A stretch of 63,944 bases of DNA, filler included, from Reticulomyxa filosa (lineage: Eukaryota > Protista > Foraminifera), in assembly GCA_000512085.1 (NCBI GenBank). It is 25 parts of 25 records of this genome, joined end to end, with 100 filler letters (N's around TTAATTAATTAA, not from the genome) between each part and the next. Parts side by side here need not be neighbours in the genome. Positions count along the whole stretch, not along the records: positions 61,812 to 63,944 come from ASPP01032876.1; 24 more parts are not named here. One strand, written 5' to 3'. This document shows, in pieces, positions 63,828-63,944 of the stretch (the first letter of the stretch is position 1; each line of letters opens with the position of its first letter). Position numbers and translations under genes: made by a program. The notes beneath the pieces are model-generated. The model had not been told where the DNA came from. It ran no database searches and worked only from the letters and a program-made list of their open reading frames with translations.

Positions 63828-63944
63828 TGTAATTTTCCACAAAAAAACTTTGATTGCTTGATTCTTTTAAAAGAATTAAAAATAATTTTGCTCAATTAAT
63901 TAATATATTTCTACCTCTCATTAAACATTCGAAGAATATAAAAA

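Noticed and set aside
1-63944. rRNA, tRNA, CRISPR arrays and prokaryotic operons or defence systems
   Set aside because: None recognised by eye and all identifiable genes are eukaryotic. tRNAscan-SE and Infernal would be needed to exclude small RNAs.

Overview
This is not a continuous locus. It is about 25 short contigs of an AT-rich, intron-rich eukaryote joined by 24 identical artificial 100-bp linkers (N44-TTAATTAATTAA-N44, with stops in all six frames), so adjacency across a linker carries no meaning. The gene families and intron style suggest the foraminiferan Reticulomyxa filosa or a relative; this is an inference from recognition, not a database result. Recognisable genes, mostly partial: purple acid phosphatase, VPS37A-like UEV protein, ArfGAP, PIP5K, UPF2, a UBA2-like RRM protein, an ABCB transporter with a C1/DC1 zinc domain, Tom40, a Kelch protein, DEG15/TYSND1 protease, LSm5, an IQGAP-type RasGAP C-terminus and several members of an expanded WD40 family. 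There are also two dead Tc1 transposases and a long inverted repeat. The best candidate for an undescribed system is a ~32-aa 'HWIR-LGW box'. It sits on its own phase-0 exon at the N-terminus of two WD40 propellers and at the C-terminus of a Kelch propeller, and a diverged version is inserted in a stand-alone dynein stalk/microtubule-binding-domain protein. This arrangement resembles F-box/SOCS-box substrate receptors. Also notable are a PB1-like/caspase-like/TPR pseudo-protease and introns whose 3' ends are A-rich rather than pyrimidine-rich. All exon boundaries were read by eye.
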